Positions 62,689-64,000 of a DNA stretch of 64,000 nt are shown here, piece after piece. This DNA comes from Giardia intestinalis (Eukaryota). Below the pieces are notes generated by a model. That model searched no databases and was not told where the DNA came from. It was given only the letters and a program-made list of their open reading frames with translations. Made by a program: the position numbers and the translations under genes. How positions within the stretch are numbered: position 1 is the stretch's first letter; the number at the start of each line of letters is the position of its first letter. The stretch is from assembly GCA_000002435.2 (NCBI GenBank), contig CM018791.1; one strand, written 5' to 3'.

Positions 62689-64000
62689 CTAGCCACCACC
62701 CTTGAGAGTGTGACTAGATCGCACATGCTGTATTGGGGACATTTCCACCACTACCGGAGAAACTGACTTCTGCGAGTGCCGACGACTCTGTTGTCGGTCA
62801 TTTTCATAGGATACTGACTCTAGGACAACAGGATCTTTTGAATAATGAAACGTCTTCTGGCCGGCATACATTAGGCTGTCAACAGATGGGTGAGGCCGTA
62901 ATGACATCGAAAAACCCTGAGTGTCTGGAGACACCTTTTTGTGCTGCAGAACATTGTCGAACGACTCCTTGACAGATAGAGATTGTGTGTTAGGGTCATT
63001 TGTCCTATCACTCTTTGGAAGAGAGTCGGTAGTAGCCCCCTTCCAGTACCTTCTGTCAAAAGGAGAAAAGTTTCTAACATCATCGTCACGATACACGTTA
63101 CTTCCTTTGTTGTCGCCTGTGCATCCATGCGGAAGGCTGAAATCCATAATGCTATAGTCGTTTTTAGCGTGTATTTTCGGATCTTTATTCATGGCTGTAA
63201 CAGTTAGCTGAGACTTAGAAGAAGATATTGGCTCCATAGGCCGTGTCTCAACGTGCCAAGTAGCAGCTCCTTTCTTCAGTGACTCTAGGGGTACTTGCCT
63301 ATCTGTGTGGTCGGCTAGACCATAAGAAAGTGCCTCCGCCGCGTCTGCGTAATTCCTGTGCACAAACGTTGGACAAAAACAATCTGTTTGAAGATCACAG
63401 CATACCTTTCCGTTTCCGCCACAGGAACATACTCCGTTCCCGGCACACACAAGCATTTCTTTATAATGCTGCAACGTGGAATTCTTTAGTAAGTATTCCG
63501 GAGACGCTCGACTGCTCGCTATGGGATCCAGCATAGTACTAAGCAGATCCTGCATCTCACGTGAATATCCCCTCAGGTTAAAGGTTGGTCTCGCATCTTT
63601 AATAAGCCCAAACAGCTCGCTGACATCCAGCAGCTCATAAAGAGGCCGCAAAGTACACATTTCATACGCAATGCAGGCCACAGACCATACATCTGACTTG
63701 ATAGACCAGTTCTTGCCCCCAATTACTTCTGGCGCATGATAGCACGGTGTAAGCTTTGGTTTATTTGTCCGAAAGTGTTCATACTTACCTAGATGAAAGC
63801 GATGGAGCTGAAAAATACCGTATTTGGAGACAAATATATTATCAGGGCGAATAACGTAATTGTGTGGACAAGAGAGGCTCTCGATATTAGAAGAACCGTG
63901 CAGAAGCACAAACAAGTCTAGCATAGAGGCCAAAAATATCCAAATGCTTGCCTCCTCAAATGGCTTCTGTATTGTTTTCCGGTGCCTAATTTGCTCGTAG
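62689..64000 (-). CDS. NEK-like (pseudo)kinase, 5'-partial. The frame stays open to the window end; the ORF-track 'M' at 63933 is a TTG.
   Basis: 'HNYVIRPDNIFV', 'YHAPEVIGGKNWSIKSDVWSVACIAYEMCTLRPLYE', then a C/G-rich region 'CAGNGVCSCGGNGKVCC'. The reading frame extends through 63934-64000 without a stop. Confidence 0.7.
   Translation of the reverse strand, partial: YEQIRHRKTIQKPFEEASIWIFLASMLDLFVLLHGSSNIESLSCPHNYVIRPDNIFVSKYGIFQLHRFHLGKYEHFRTNKPKLTPCYHAPEVIGGKNWSIKSDVWSVACIAYEMCTLRPLYELLDVSELFGLIKDARPTFNLRGYSREMQDLLSTMLDPIASSRASPEYLLKNSTLQHYKEMLVCAGNGVCSCGGNGKVCCDLQTDCFCPTFVHRNYADAAEALSYGLADHTDRQVPLESLKKGAATWHVETRPMEPISSSKSQLTVTAMNKDPKIHAKNDYSIMDFSLPHGCTGDNKGSNVYRDDDVRNFSPFDRRYWKGATTDSLPKSDRTNDPNTQSLSVKESFDNVLQHKKVSPDTQGFSMSLRPHPSVDSLMYAGQKTFHYSKDPVVLESVSYENDRQQSRRHSQKSVSPVVVEMSPIQHVRSSHTLKGGG

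Noticed and set aside
1-64000. A search for tRNA genes (GTTCGA/GGTTCGAATCC-like T-arms), telomeric TAGGG repeats, and rRNA.
   Set aside because: No convincing T-arm or cloverleaf signatures and no TAGGG runs were seen by eye. The only 'gttcgag' occurrence is inside a satellite unit. These cannot be excluded without a covariance-model scan.

Overview
This window reads as nuclear DNA from the diplomonad Giardia intestinalis (lamblia). The evidence is a pair of cysteine-rich surface proteins ending in the VSP hallmark ...CRGKA-stop, followed by the conserved VSP 3' motif ACTCAGGTAGTAAAC; a Protein 21.1-type ankyrin protein; several NEK-like (pseudo)kinases; intron-less back-to-back ORFs; and very short AT-rich initiator regions at the ATGs. 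Gene density is high. Recognisable housekeeping genes are transketolase, a PP2C phosphatase, an HD-domain SAMHD1-like phosphohydrolase, riboflavin kinase and a YEATS-domain protein, plus many lineage-specific hypothetical proteins. Three structural features stand out. First, a perfect inverted duplication of about 2.4 kb per arm, each arm carrying an identical 673-aa VSP gene. The two copies sit head-to-head around a GC-rich spacer that holds a frameshifted non-LTR retrotransposon remnant with reverse-transcriptase and restriction-like-endonuclease domains (GilM/GilD-like). Second, a 51-bp (17-codon) tandem array of at least 15 kb (39.7-55.1 kb), interrupted by a 9.3-kb run of N. It is stop-free in 5 of 6 frames and is read into by the 3' end of a NEK-like kinase gene. 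Third, a tight tandem cluster of five divergent NEK-like pseudokinases on the minus strand (54.3-64 kb). The ORF track treats TTG as a start codon, so several reported starts were moved to the first ATG. Most ORF-track entries inside the inverted repeat and the satellite are artefacts.
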